A stretch of DNA of 64,000 nt from Ignavibacteriota bacterium (GCA_963727845.1 CAVSHI010000001.1:87308-151307), one strand, 5' to 3'; positions 48,157 to 58,890 are shown, numbered from the stretch's first letter. Translations and numbers: made by a program. The notes: generated from the sequence alone by a model not told the origin.

Positions 48157-48449
48157 GAAAACACCCGGTCGCATTTCTTCTCTGCAAGGAAATCTGGCCA
48201 TGCGATGATCGTGCCGAGGTGAGTACCGTCCCGATCAATGAATATATTTATCAGAACAGCTCCCGGATCAACCTCCCCCAATGAAAGCCATATGACCCGG
48301 CATCGGGTTTCCGTTCATCTTGACAATCTTTGAAAATCTGCCTATCTTTTGACGGCTGCTTGTTCTTTTGAAGAGCGCAGAATTCGCCGCATAATCAAAA
48401 ACGCACGGCGTGCAAATCTTTGACATTTCATACTGAGGAAATCAATCCC

Positions 48450-48941
48450 ATGGATCATTTTTGGGGAATTGCGAAGAAGCAGAAGAAGAACGGAGAAATC
48501 AAAGAACTCCTTCGGGGCATTCCGCTGTTTGAACAACTCACCGACCGTGAATTATCCGGCGTTGAACGAATACTGCATGAACGCGTTTACACACCGAAAG
48601 AAGTGATTTTTCGACAAGGTGAGCCGGGGATCGCTATGTATATTATGGAGAGCGGCTCGGTTCTAATTGAAGTCGGGAGCGACGGGAAAGTCCTGGCGGA
48701 ATTACAGGAAGGAGAGTTTTTTGGCGAACTGGCGCTGTTGGACGAATCCCCTCGGTCGGCAAGCGCAATCGCGAAAACCGAATCTAAGATATTCGCTTTT
48801 TCACAGCCCGACCTCTTTTCAATGATAGAACGAAATCCCCGCCTCGGGATAAAGATTATCGTGTCCCTGGCTCGTATTATCGGCGATCGTTTGAAGCACA
48901 TGAACGAACAACTCCATGAGTTAACGAAGGAGAAGACGTAG
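48450..48941 (+). CDS. Cyclic-nucleotide-binding domain protein
   Basis: IFRQGEPG.AMYI..SG.V, FFGELALLDESPRSASA; no HTH. Confidence 0.88.
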   Translation: MDHFWGIAKKQKKNGEIKELLRGIPLFEQLTDRELSGVERILHERVYTPKEVIFRQGEPGIAMYIMESGSVLIEVGSDGKVLAELQEGEFFGELALLDESPRSASAIAKTESKIFAFSQPDLFSMIERNPRLGIKIIVSLARIIGDRLKHMNEQLHELTKEKT

Positions 48942-48942
48942 T

Positions 48943-49983
48943 ATGTCTGATCTTTCCACTCGGTATACGAAAATATTTTTCATTCTGCTCTTGCTGACGG
49001 CGGCTGGATTCTTTCTTTTTGCCATCGGTGAAATCGTCCGTCTCTTGATTATCGCGGCGCTGCTTGCGTACATTCTTGACCCAATCGCAACCGGACTGGA
49101 ATCACGGGGCCTGAGCCGCCTGGCCGCCACCGGGATAGTTTTTGTGGGAATAGGTCTTGCGATATACGCCTTTGGCTTCTTCGTCGTGCCGGCGCTTATT
49201 CGTGAAATCCAAAACCTTCAGGCAAGCGCCTCGATGAATCAAACGAGCGCGATCGTCTCTGAACTTCAGACATACATTAATCAGAAACTTGCATTCTTCG
49301 GGATGCAGGGGATTGATTTGGCCGAGAGAATCCGGGAAGCGAAAAGCGGGGTCAGTGAACGGCTTCTCGGCTATGTCGTGGCCCAGGCCGTGCCATTTGT
49401 CACGCAGGCGGTGGCTCTTCCATTTGTGATTTTCTTCCTGCTGAAAGACGGCAGGGAAATGAAAAAGACGCTCCTGGCTGTTGTCCCGAACAGGTACTTC
49501 GAGTTCTCTCTCAATCTCATCTACAAAATGGACATGCAGTTGGGTTCATACTTGCGCGGGCAGTTTCTCGATGCGTTCATCTTCGGTATCCTCTCAACTC
49601 TCGCCATGTGGATACTGGATGTGAAGTACTTCTTTTTCATCGGCATCTTTGCCGGGCTGGCAAATTTGATCCCCTATGTCGGCCCGCTGGCCGGCGGAAT
49701 CCTGGCGAGCGTCATGACCATCCTCACCACCGGCGATCTCTCTCGCCTTCTGTACGTTGTCCTCGCATTCATCATTGTAAAGCTTGTCGACGATTCGATT
49801 ATCCAGCCGATCGTCATCGCGAAGAGCGTTGACATGCACCCGCTCCTTGTGCTCCTGGTCGTGATCATCGGCGGAGAATTCTTCGGGGTCATGGGAATGC
49901 TGCTCTCCGTGCCTGTGGCGGGTTTTGCGAAGGTTGTGATCCGGGAGAGCAGAATCGTTTTGCGTCGCTACAGGTTTGTTTGA
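48943..49983 (+). CDS. AI-2E family transporter
   Basis: LAYILDP, FFLLKDG, YLRGQ, NLIPYVGP, IIQP and MHP...GG...G..GMLLSVP. Confidence 0.9.
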   Translation: MSDLSTRYTKIFFILLLLTAAGFFLFAIGEIVRLLIIAALLAYILDPIATGLESRGLSRLAATGIVFVGIGLAIYAFGFFVVPALIREIQNLQASASMNQTSAIVSELQTYINQKLAFFGMQGIDLAERIREAKSGVSERLLGYVVAQAVPFVTQAVALPFVIFFLLKDGREMKKTLLAVVPNRYFEFSLNLIYKMDMQLGSYLRGQFLDAFIFGILSTLAMWILDVKYFFFIGIFAGLANLIPYVGPLAGGILASVMTILTTGDLSRLLYVVLAFIIVKLVDDSIIQPIVIAKSVDMHPLLVLLVVIIGGEFFGVMGMLLSVPVAGFAKVVIRESRIVLRRYRFV

Positions 49984-50111
49984 TTCCCGCGTTGCAGGCC
50001 TGGGGGGGTCGTCTACGAAAAAGTGCCATTGAAGAAAATGCCCCAAAATGCCCGGATTCGCGAATTTTCGAGCATTCTAAGCTTTTCCAGGCCATTATTT
50101 TTGATCGCCAG

Positions 50112-50140
50112 TTGACAATCCACGACACTCTTATTATATT
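50112..50140 (+). promoter_or_regulatory. Sigma-70-type promoter
   Basis: TTGACA-N17-TATATT. Confidence 0.65.
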
Positions 50141-50309
50141 TGAGTTATCGCTATGTCGAGATGCTCTTAGATTCCCGAGAGAACCCTGTACATGTTTCTA
50201 TCCTGGAAATGTGTCGGTGGGTTCCTCTCCCCCATTTTAGAGAAAACTAACTTCACACAAATCGCGGATTTTTTTCCTGAACAATTCAAACGAAAGGAGC
50301 AAAGTCGTT

Positions 50310-53300
50310 ATGAAGAGAATATACCTTTTGCTATGCGTTTTTTTGTTGGGCAGCTTTGCGGTTGCTCAGCAAGAGCGAATGCTCGTTGGGATCAACGGCG
50401 ACGTCGTTCGCTTGAAGAAAGGAGAAAGCGCATCACACGCGCTGCAGCAATTTCAAAAAGAAAAGGGGCTGAGGCAAATCTCGGAGGCCACGTGCACCAA
50501 CCCGTTGCAGTTTGGCTATGACCCCGCCGATTATCCACCAAGCGGTACTGTCTGGGTCTCCTCTTTCAAAGACATGTTCGGAGAGTGGTTCACCGTGCCC
50601 TCCGATGGCGTGATAGATACGTTTTATATGTATAATCCCGGAACTTACATGAATCAAGATTCAACGCTCGCGCTGCGATTGATGGAATCCCGTCTAAATG
50701 ACAGCACGGGACCGGGGTACGGTGCCTTGGCGCCTTACGCTCCGGGTCCGGCTGATCCTACCCTTGGCTATGGTCCCCGTTGCTGGGGGTACTTCACGAA
50801 CACTAATGACCTGGAAGGTCAGGAATACAACATTAGCCCGCAAATTGGCGGCGTCGCCGCATTCGTTACGGACGCGACCCCGCCGGACACAACCGCCTGG
50901 GTTTCGACGCTGCAAAAACAATTTCCGAATGCACCGCTGACGGTATCTCCGGCAGGAGACGAGATCTGGGGACTTGGAGGATATCCGTTCCGGCATCTTC
51001 AAGTCAATGCAGTTAACAAGTTCAATTTACATATCATTGGCGCACCGGCGGTCCATGCGGGTCAAGCGGTCCTCCTAGCGCTTATCGTTCCGGGTGCTCA
51101 CCCGGTGGGGACTGATAATACAGTAACAGGGGTTTACGATTGGCCTTCTCAGGCTGACGCCAATGGATTCTACCATACGCATGCCTGGAAATTCTATGAA
51201 CACAACAGTACGTGCGGCATTCCTGGATGGGTCGACCGCGGATACTGGGAAGTCAATATCTGGTACTCGATGACGGTATCGGGCAACACACCGCCGCGCG
51301 TAACGAGTATCACCAACCTGGGAACAACGCTTGGCGGATCTCCCCGCGATGTACTTGTCAATCTCGAGGATTGTGACTTTGCTAATGAAGCTGCGGCCGG
51401 CGTCGCCTCGGCGCACATGGCGTACTCCGTCGATGGAGGACCGTTCCAGGTGCTTCCCTTGGACTTCTTCGGCGGGACCACGTACCACGGCCAGATTCCG
51501 GCTATCGCTCCGACGACCGGCCGGCCGTATTCGCGTACCGTCCAATTCTATGTGGCGGCAGCCGATTCTCAAGGATTGGTGATGGATAGCGGCGTCGTGC
51601 ATTCGTATAAAATTATCTCGTTCGGCGATGAGTGGTATTATCCTGATACGGCGGTTGCGTGCGTTCCCCAGAGTATCAAGGATACGCCGGGCTATCAGCA
51701 ACTTGATACGACGAGCACACTGGGGGTTCACGTCCACCCGACATGGTTCGAGCCTCCATACTCGGGATCCGGTAGCGCTCCCAAGGATGATGGGACTGCA
51801 GGGCCGTTCGCGCTCGGTGGACCGTTCATTTACTTCGGGGATACGGTGAACTACGCCTGGATCGGGATGAACGGTGCGATGTCGCTCTCCAAATTCGCGA
51901 ACGATACAATCGATGTGAGCGACAACGGATTTTATACCGACTATGATTATTATTATCAAGAGGCTGAGCATCTCGGACGCGGAGATACGGCAGGTGCAGG
52001 CAACATACCGAGGAACTTTATCGCGACGCTATGGTACGACCTCATCTACGTCGATACAAGCAACGTCCAGTATGGCCGCATCTGCTGGAAGAGCGATAGT
52101 TGCCGTTTCATCTCAGAGTTCGACTCCATCGGCATCAACTATGACGTAGGAACGGGGGAAACCGGGGCCTTTTTACAGTCTCCGACGACGTTCCGCACGA
52201 TACTGAACAAGTGCGATGGCACGATCCAAATGCAATGGGACAATGTTCAGGAGTCTGGCGCTCCTGTGGATTCGATTTCGAGTGTGGGCCTCACGGGGAA
52301 CTATGGAAGGATTATCCGGCCTGATTCGGTGGCAACGCAGGTGGGTTCAAATCCCGGCTTCCTGAAGTTTTTCCGCGGGTCCGAGAACGGCCCTTATCAG
52401 CTCAAACCTCGCGACGGATGGTGCGTCGAGTTCCATCCGACCGCCGGCTCCGTGGCGGCGAGCGGCTGGAATATCCTGTCGTTGCCTGTGACGCCGCAAG
52501 GGAACAATAACGCGAAGACGACTTTGTATCCGTCGGCAGTTTCGCAGGCGTTCACGTACCGAGGCGGATATGTGCAGAGCGGGACGCTGGCGCCGGGGAT
52601 GGGTTACTGGCTGAAATTCCCCGCTGCGAATACGTACGCAACGGCGGGATTGCCTGTCTACAACGGAGTCGACAGTGTGAAGACTGACTGGAACCTCGTG
52701 GGATCGATTGTGAAACCGGTCCTGACGTCGGCGATCGTTCAGTCCCCGACGAATATCGTAACGTCGAATTACTACGGTTACAACCACGGGTACGTCATTG
52801 CGACAGAGATCGACCCGGGCAAAGGATACTGGGTGAAGTCGAACCAGACAGGCGCCCTGCAGTTGACGGCGAGCTCGATCCCGAAGGCAACGCCGGGAAT
52901 CACGGACCTGACGGTTCTGAACAAGATCACGGTGAGCGACGCTGCGAAATACCAGCAGCCGTTGTACGTTGGCAGTGAAAGCCAGCTCAAGACGCCGGCG
53001 AGCTTCTATGAACTTCCGCCGACGGTACCCGACGGCGTGTTCGATGTGCGGTTTGCGTCGCAGCGGATGCTGGAGACGTATCCGGACAATATGGCAGCCG
53101 GGAAGGTGTACGAGTACCCGATCAGTCTGCAGTCGAGTTCGTATCCAGTGACGGTTCAGTGGGATATCAAGAACACGAACGGCCGGACGCTGACATTGAC
53201 AGACGGACTGGGTGGTCGGATAGTGAACAACGTGGTGTTGAACAACACGGGATCGATCCAAATAACGAACGCGAGCGTGAAGTCGCTGGTGCTGAGACTG

Positions 53301-53600
53301 GTGGACGGAGTGGCGGTGCCGAAGGAGTTCGCGTTGAGTCAGAACTATCCGAACCCGTTCAACCCGACGACGCGGTTCAATGTGGATGTACCGAAGACGA
53401 CGAACGTCGACGTAATCGTGTACAACATACTGGGCCAGAAGGTGGCAACGTTGATGACCGGGCTGCAATCGGCCGGTTACCACACGGTGGAATGGGACGG
53501 TCGAGACGCGCATGGATTGGTGGTGCCGAGCGGGATGTACTTTGTTCGGATGTCTGCCGACCAGTTCTCGTCAGTTCGCAAGGCCATGATGCTGAAATAG
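50310..53600 (+). CDS. Large T9SS cargo protein of unknown function (FlgD-type sorting tail)
   Basis: Signal peptide; C-terminal GWNILSLP...GMGYW repeats, ELPP...FDVRF and SQNYPNPFNPTT...WDGRD...SGMYF. Confidence 0.85.
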   Translation: MKRIYLLLCVFLLGSFAVAQQERMLVGINGDVVRLKKGESASHALQQFQKEKGLRQISEATCTNPLQFGYDPADYPPSGTVWVSSFKDMFGEWFTVPSDGVIDTFYMYNPGTYMNQDSTLALRLMESRLNDSTGPGYGALAPYAPGPADPTLGYGPRCWGYFTNTNDLEGQEYNISPQIGGVAAFVTDATPPDTTAWVSTLQKQFPNAPLTVSPAGDEIWGLGGYPFRHLQVNAVNKFNLHIIGAPAVHAGQAVLLALIVPGAHPVGTDNTVTGVYDWPSQADANGFYHTHAWKFYEHNSTCGIPGWVDRGYWEVNIWYSMTVSGNTPPRVTSITNLGTTLGGSPRDVLVNLEDCDFANEAAAGVASAHMAYSVDGGPFQVLPLDFFGGTTYHGQIPAIAPTTGRPYSRTVQFYVAAADSQGLVMDSGVVHSYKIISFGDEWYYPDTAVACVPQSIKDTPGYQQLDTTSTLGVHVHPTWFEPPYSGSGSAPKDDGTAGPFALGGPFIYFGDTVNYAWIGMNGAMSLSKFANDTIDVSDNGFYTDYDYYYQEAEHLGRGDTAGAGNIPRNFIATLWYDLIYVDTSNVQYGRICWKSDSCRFISEFDSIGINYDVGTGETGAFLQSPTTFRTILNKCDGTIQMQWDNVQESGAPVDSISSVGLTGNYGRIIRPDSVATQVGSNPGFLKFFRGSENGPYQLKPRDGWCVEFHPTAGSVAASGWNILSLPVTPQGNNNAKTTLYPSAVSQAFTYRGGYVQSGTLAPGMGYWLKFPAANTYATAGLPVYNGVDSVKTDWNLVGSIVKPVLTSAIVQSPTNIVTSNYYGYNHGYVIATEIDPGKGYWVKSNQTGALQLTASSIPKATPGITDLTVLNKITVSDAAKYQQPLYVGSESQLKTPASFYELPPTVPDGVFDVRFASQRMLETYPDNMAAGKVYEYPISLQSSSYPVTVQWDIKNTNGRTLTLTDGLGGRIVNNVVLNNTGSIQITNASVKSLVLRLVDGVAVPKEFALSQNYPNPFNPTTRFNVDVPKTTNVDVIVYNILGQKVATLMTGLQSAGYHTVEWDGRDAHGLVVPSGMYFVRMSADQFSSVRKAMMLK

Positions 53601-53628
53601 CTTCTGTGTCAGAGAGGTCTGTAACGGG

Positions 53629-53665
53629 ACAGCCCCAACCGGAGATGGTTGGGGCTGTTTCATTT
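53629..53665. terminator. Intrinsic terminator between convergent genes
   Basis: ACAGCCCCAACC / GGTTGGGGCTGT perfect 12-bp stem followed by TTCATTT. Confidence 0.75.
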
Positions 53666-53759
53666 GAGATTGGAACCGGTGTTTGCAGCTTCTTCAATTA
53701 GAACGAGCAGCCACGCTCCTCCAACGCACGCGCAAAAAAAACGAGATACCTCTGGAAAA

Positions 53760-54638
53760 CTAACTTACAGCTTTCTTAATCGCGAAAATATGCTCGGGGG
53801 TCGTCCCGCAACAGCCGCCGATAATTTTCACGCCGAGCTTTTTCAGCGCCAGACTTTTTTCTGCCATGAATTCCGGCGATTCCGGGAAAACGGACATCCC
53901 GTCTTTCAATGCAGGTATCCCAGCGTTTGATTGGATAATGATGGGCAGCGTTGTGTGCTTTGCGAATTCTTCCGCTATCTTCACCATATTCAGGATCCCG
54001 TTTCCGCAATTCGACCCGACAACGCCGGCACCAGCTGCGGCAAGCCCTTCCGCTGCCTGCGCGACGGTCGTTCCCATCACAGTATAAAATCCACGGGGAG
54101 TGCTGTCGAAAGTCATTGTCGCGAGGACCGGAATGGAGGACGAAATCGACCTTGCGGCCTTGACCGCCAGCGTCGCCTCGTTCAAATCTGTCATGGTTTC
54201 AACGCAAATAACATCTATGCCCTCGTCGACAAGTACCTTCAATTGCCTCCTGAAAGAGTCGAACACTTCCTCCGGTGCGGTGTCGCCGTACGGTTGAAGG
54301 ATTCTACCGCACGGGCCACACGATGCAGATACATAGGCGCGGTCTCCGACAGCTTTTCTGACAGAATGAATAGCCCGGGCGTTGATCTCCTCGGTCTTGC
54401 TCTCCAGACCGTAGGACGAGAGCTTCAGCGGTGAACCGCCGAAGGTGTTTGTTTGAATGATTTCCGCCCCCGCATAGAGGTACAGGCCGGCGATTGCCTC
54501 GAGTACTTCGAGATGGTCAAGGTTCATCCTCTCCGGACATTCACCCGGGTTCAATCCCCGCTGAAAGAGCATCGTTCCCATCGCCCCGTCGGCAATGATG
54601 ACTCCGGGCATCCCGAGTCGTTCCCTGAATGGCCGCAT
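53760..54638 (-). CDS. Homocysteine S-methyltransferase (MetH N-terminal-like domain)
   Basis: IADGAMGT, TNTFG, ETM, GSNCG, QSNAG and GGCCGTTP zinc ligands; start ATG at 54638. Confidence 0.9.
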   Translation of the reverse strand: MRPFRERLGMPGVIIADGAMGTMLFQRGLNPGECPERMNLDHLEVLEAIAGLYLYAGAEIIQTNTFGGSPLKLSSYGLESKTEEINARAIHSVRKAVGDRAYVSASCGPCGRILQPYGDTAPEEVFDSFRRQLKVLVDEGIDVICVETMTDLNEATLAVKAARSISSSIPVLATMTFDSTPRGFYTVMGTTVAQAAEGLAAAGAGVVGSNCGNGILNMVKIAEEFAKHTTLPIIIQSNAGIPALKDGMSVFPESPEFMAEKSLALKKLGVKIIGGCCGTTPEHIFAIKKAVS

Positions 54639-55277
54639 CAGGTTCTCTTGACGAATTTCTTCACGCAATCAACGGCGCTGACACCGTCGAAACAATACGA
54701 ATCCGCTCCGATTTCCCGGGCATATTCCATCGACAACGGAGCGCCGCCCACAATGATCCTGGTTTTTCCATACAGCCGACGTTCCTTTGCCAGCTCGACG
54801 ACCTTTTTCATGACCGGCATTGTCGTTGTCAGCAGCGCCGACATCCCGATGACGTTCCGCATGTTCCTTCTCGGCAGTTTCGATGAATTGCTGCGGCGAT
54901 ACGTCATTGCCGAGATCGATCACTTCGAAGCCGGCGCCCTTGAGCATGATGGCGACGAGATTCTTGCCGATGTCGTGGAGGTCGCCCTGGACGGTGCCTA
55001 TTACCACCTTGCCGATCGTTTTCACTCCATCTCTGATAAGAAGCGGTTTCAGCAAATCCATGCCTGCGTACATTGCTTTGGCGGCAAGAAGAACCTCCGG
55101 TAAGAATATTTCGTGGTGTTTAAACTGCTCTCCCACAATCGACATTCCCGCGATAAGCCCGTCGTCCAAGATTATCCTTGGCTCGAGTCCTTTTCCGATC
55201 GCGAGTTGGGTGGCCTCTGCAGTTTTCTTTACATCGCCGCTCCGGAGACTGCCGGCTAATTGTTCAAGAATTTCCAT
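54638..55277 (-). pseudogene. Corrinoid (B12-binding) protein with a +1 frameshift at 54851-54857 (212 aa if corrected)
   Basis: Cap domain, GDLHDIGKNLV (DxHxxG); IGMSALLTTT and IVGGAP are in the next frame, whose stop overlaps the downstream ATG. Confidence 0.85.
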
Positions 55278-55291
55278 TGTCTCTTGCTTGT

Positions 55292-56005
55292 CTATTGTTC
55301 TATGACGGACTTAATTCTTTCCCGGCAACTATGCGTTGTGCAATCTCTGCAGAAGGGGAAAGTATCCTCGAATGAAAAAATTTCCTTCTTCCCGGAAATG
55401 ATCACACCGCTGATTGATTTCAGAGGTTGCATGAGAAAACTTTCGTTGAGCGTTATTCCGATGTCAGCCGGGGTGAGATGTGCAAAGAGTCGTTTTTGTC
55501 CGCTGATGTCCCAACCGCAGTAGCCGGGACTAAACCGGAGTATGCCAGTGTTGTGGTCGTGCCGGTGTGACTCGTTCAGCGATCGGCGATAGACGTTTTG
55601 AACGGCCTGGGCTGCCATCTCGGCGCCTTCGGAAGCCGTCGAGTCGAGCATGGAGCCAAGAGCAAAGTCGTTCGACTGGAAAAGTCGAGAAATTTCATCT
55701 GAAACGCTCTTGCCGAGAGTAGCTGCATACAGGGCAAGAGTTCCCGATGCCCCGGCGATGGGTTTGACGGGCGATGCGTCATCGTTCAGACCTTCGCCTT
55801 CAAAAACATTCCTGAAATCCCCCGGGGAGATTTCAACGTACATTCCCGCTGGTTGGGCATGTTGCCTGTAAATAGAGATTGCGTCCCGTGCGAGTTGCAG
55901 GATATGCTCGCCCGGCTGACGCCAGGCAGGGATCCCCTGGGCTTCAAGAACGGCGCTCACGCCAGGAATAACATCTGCAACCGGTATTTCGAGAATACGT
56001 TTCAC
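55292..56005 (-). CDS. B12-dependent methionine synthase activation-domain-like protein
   Basis: LYAATLG, RFSPGYCGW, GITLNESFLMQPLKSISGVI and the C-terminal CRDC...C motif. Confidence 0.85.
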   Translation of the reverse strand: MKRILEIPVADVIPGVSAVLEAQGIPAWRQPGEHILQLARDAISIYRQHAQPAGMYVEISPGDFRNVFEGEGLNDDASPVKPIAGASGTLALYAATLGKSVSDEISRLFQSNDFALGSMLDSTASEGAEMAAQAVQNVYRRSLNESHRHDHNTGILRFSPGYCGWDISGQKRLFAHLTPADIGITLNESFLMQPLKSISGVIISGKKEIFSFEDTFPFCRDCTTHSCRERIKSVIEQ

Positions 56006-57463
56006 GATAGATTCTCGGGCAATCGTGCCATTCCGTAACGCCGCGCTTCAGTTTCTATGAGCTTCGTAAGATCCCTTTTGATTTCTTTTGGAAGAGCGGT
56101 GGGCCGGTAAGAACCGAGCAGACCTTCAATTTGCTGCCGGGCCCGATCCTGGAGCCCCGAGCTTCCTTCTTCTTCCCATCGTGCCCTGTTGGCGCGGTTG
56201 ATGACGGGCCCTGGAAAATAATCCTCCTGTTTCAGATATTTGCGTGTATGGTCGGCGATGAGGAGATGCTTTTCCCGAAGAAGTTCATCGAAGATCGGCC
56301 GAGCCGGGAAATCTTCCTTCGGCTCAATTCCTCTGATCATCCGGAAAGTCATGCCGCAGATCTCATTATCGACGACCAGCTTTTCAAGGCTGAAGCAACT
56401 TTCAAAATCGAGCATCCCCGGCCCTGAGATGTTGTTGATCCCGGAAAGCGCCGCAAGAGTTGCTCCCATCGAGGATTCAAGACCGGCCTGCGCGTCGAGA
56501 GACTTTGAATCGCTCAACCCGATGTATGCCTGTGTCGGCAGGCCCAGGTATTTCCCGATTTCATTGTATGCACAATCGATCATCATCGTGCCGATGGCGC
56601 CCATGGGCGTGGTTTCGTATCGGACGTTCGAAGAATGCGGGCGACCCGCCGTACAGAACCGGCGTGCCCGGATTTGTAAGCTGGCTCATCACCAGCCCGC
56701 TGAGGGTCTCAGCCGTGTGCTGGACGAGCGAGCCGACAAGCGTCACCGGAGACATGAAACCCGAAAGCGGCATTGAGATGTATTCGACAGGGATTGAGTA
56801 TCGTGCGCAATCGATAAGGTTTTGCGATGTGACATCGCTCCACTTCAGCGGCGAAGTGGGACAGCACGAAAATATCGTCAATGGCCGCGATGCAAGATTC
56901 TCCTTCGAGCCCCGCACCGCAAGCTGCAGCTCTTTCATAATTTCGAACGCTTCGATGGTAAACGCGCCCGTCACAACGGGTTTTTCACAATACGACAGGC
57001 TGAGGTACAGGCGGTAGCTGTCGGATATCCGCTCATGAACATCCGCCGGAATCATTGCCGTTGATTGTGAAGCGATGTTGTTCATACCCGACATCAGCTT
57101 TGCGTATCTGATGTAGTCAGCGGTGGTCGGTTTTCGAATCTTGTTCGTCGTGCCGTCCAGGACGTTGATTGCCGCCGAGCCGGGAGTGAAATTCACGGTG
57201 AAACCGGAAAGGTCGACGGCCTCCTCGCCCAGAACGTCAAAAAGCTTAAACGCATGGGGCGCTGCGGCCAATGCGTTATCGATCAAACTTTGTGTGAAAT
57301 AAACACGCCGGGTACTTTTGTCGATGCGCGCACCGGAGTCCGACAGCATGGAGAGAGCGGTATCATTGTGAATCTCCATGCCGAGGCTGCACAAGAGATC
57401 TCTTCCTTCTCCGACGATTCTCTCAATAAGGTCATCGCTGAGAAATTTTACAACGGGTCTCAC
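56002..57463 (-). pseudogene. mttB: MttB-superfamily (non-pyrrolysine) corrinoid methyltransferase with a +1 frameshift at 56623-56629 (486 aa if corrected)
   Basis: LCSLGMEI, SPLKW, GSLVQHTAETLSG, PGTPVLYG, DAQAGLES and GMLDF; the two ORFs join as FDVRYETTPMGA. Confidence 0.85.
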
Positions 57464-57521
57464 ATGAAATTCCTTTCAACTTTACAGATTGCATCTAATA
57501 TGTGAATATTTCAAATGTATT

Positions 57522-58883
57522 TCAATCTGTGGAATATAAGGCTCTTTTCTTCCAATAAAAATATGCCGGCAATCCCAAAAGAATAATCCCGAGTCCGATG
57601 ACGGCATCTCTCGGGTCTTCAACGATCGTCGTGATCACGAGATAAAGCGAAAACAGGATAAAAATAACCGGCGTAAACGGATATCCCCATGTTCTGTACG
57701 ACCTGGGAAGCTCCGGCGACCGCCTACGCAGCACCATCACAGCCCCCGCCGCCATTGCGTAAAATATCCAGGAAGCGAAAATGGCATAGGTGAACAGTTG
57801 ATTGAAAGTGCTCGTGACGACAAGGAAACTCGCCCAGAGTCCCTGGCCGACCAGTGACGGCACGGGCGTATGGTACTTCGGGTGGATCCTGGCGAACGAC
57901 TTGAAGAACACTTTCTCCGACGCCATAGCGTAGTAGATGCGCGCGCCCGTCAGGATAAATCCGTTGTTGCATCCCACCATGGCGATGATGACACCGATGA
58001 CCGCCATCGTGGCGCCGATGGGTCCAACGATCGCCGTCGCGGCATCGGCGGCAACGAGCGTTGATTTTGAGATTGCATCGAGCGAGAGAACCGAAATGTA
58101 CGTGAAATTGGTCAAGGCGTAAATGACGATGACGATGAATGTCGAGAGAATCACCGACCTCGGAATGTTCCTCTGAGGGTTCTTCACCTCGCCCGCGACG
58201 TAGGTGATCTCGATCCACCCGTCATACGCCCAGAGCACGGCCACCAGCGCCAGACCGAGCGGCCCCGCAATACCTGATAATGCCGGAAAACTCGTGAGAG
58301 TTGGCCAGCCGACAGAGTTCACGGCATGAAGGAAAAAACCGAGAATGACAAGGAGAAGAAGCGCCGCCATTTTTGAAAACGTGAAGATATTCTGGACCAG
58401 AGCACCCGCCTTCACGCCAAAACAATTGATGGCGGTGAGCGTTGCGATGGAAGCAATGGCAACGATCTTTATTCCCGCAGGCGAAAGCGGGACAAAATAG
58501 CCGAGGTAGGTGGCGAATCCCACTGCGACCGCAGAGATCGAAGCGCCCATGATCACCGCGAACGCAGTCCAACCGTAGAGGAATCCCCACAGTTGTCCGT
58601 AAGCGTCCGAGAGGTACACATACTGACCGCCCGCCTTCGGGTACATTGCTCCCAGCTCGGCAACTGAAAGCGCACCCAGGAGGCTCACGCCGCCCCCGAT
58701 GATCCATACAAATATCACCAGAGAAGACGAGTGAAGATAAAGCGCTATGGTTGCCGGGACCAGAAAAATGCCCGAGCCGATAATGCTTCCGACGTTGACC
58801 ATCGTCGAATCCAGCAACGATAGTTCGCGCCGGAGCTCCGGCCGGCTTTCCAAGGGCTGCGTATGTTCTGCAGTCTGATTCAA
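57522..58883 (-). CDS. APC-family amino acid permease
   Basis: GSIIGSGIF, ELGAMYPKAGG.Y, WAYDGW and EVKNPQRNIP; about 12 TM helices. Confidence 0.92.
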   Translation of the reverse strand: MNQTAEHTQPLESRPELRRELSLLDSTMVNVGSIIGSGIFLVPATIALYLHSSSLVIFVWIIGGGVSLLGALSVAELGAMYPKAGGQYVYLSDAYGQLWGFLYGWTAFAVIMGASISAVAVGFATYLGYFVPLSPAGIKIVAIASIATLTAINCFGVKAGALVQNIFTFSKMAALLLLVILGFFLHAVNSVGWPTLTSFPALSGIAGPLGLALVAVLWAYDGWIEITYVAGEVKNPQRNIPRSVILSTFIVIVIYALTNFTYISVLSLDAISKSTLVAADAATAIVGPIGATMAVIGVIIAMVGCNNGFILTGARIYYAMASEKVFFKSFARIHPKYHTPVPSLVGQGLWASFLVVTSTFNQLFTYAIFASWIFYAMAAGAVMVLRRRSPELPRSYRTWGYPFTPVIFILFSLYLVITTIVEDPRDAVIGLGIILLGLPAYFYWKKRALYSTD

Positions 58884-58890
58884 TCAGGTT

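Noticed and set aside
56002-57463. Pyrrolysine read-through in mttB
   Set aside because: The break is a frameshift, not an in-frame TAG; the putative Pyl-equivalent region reads YIGLSDSK (alignment from memory).
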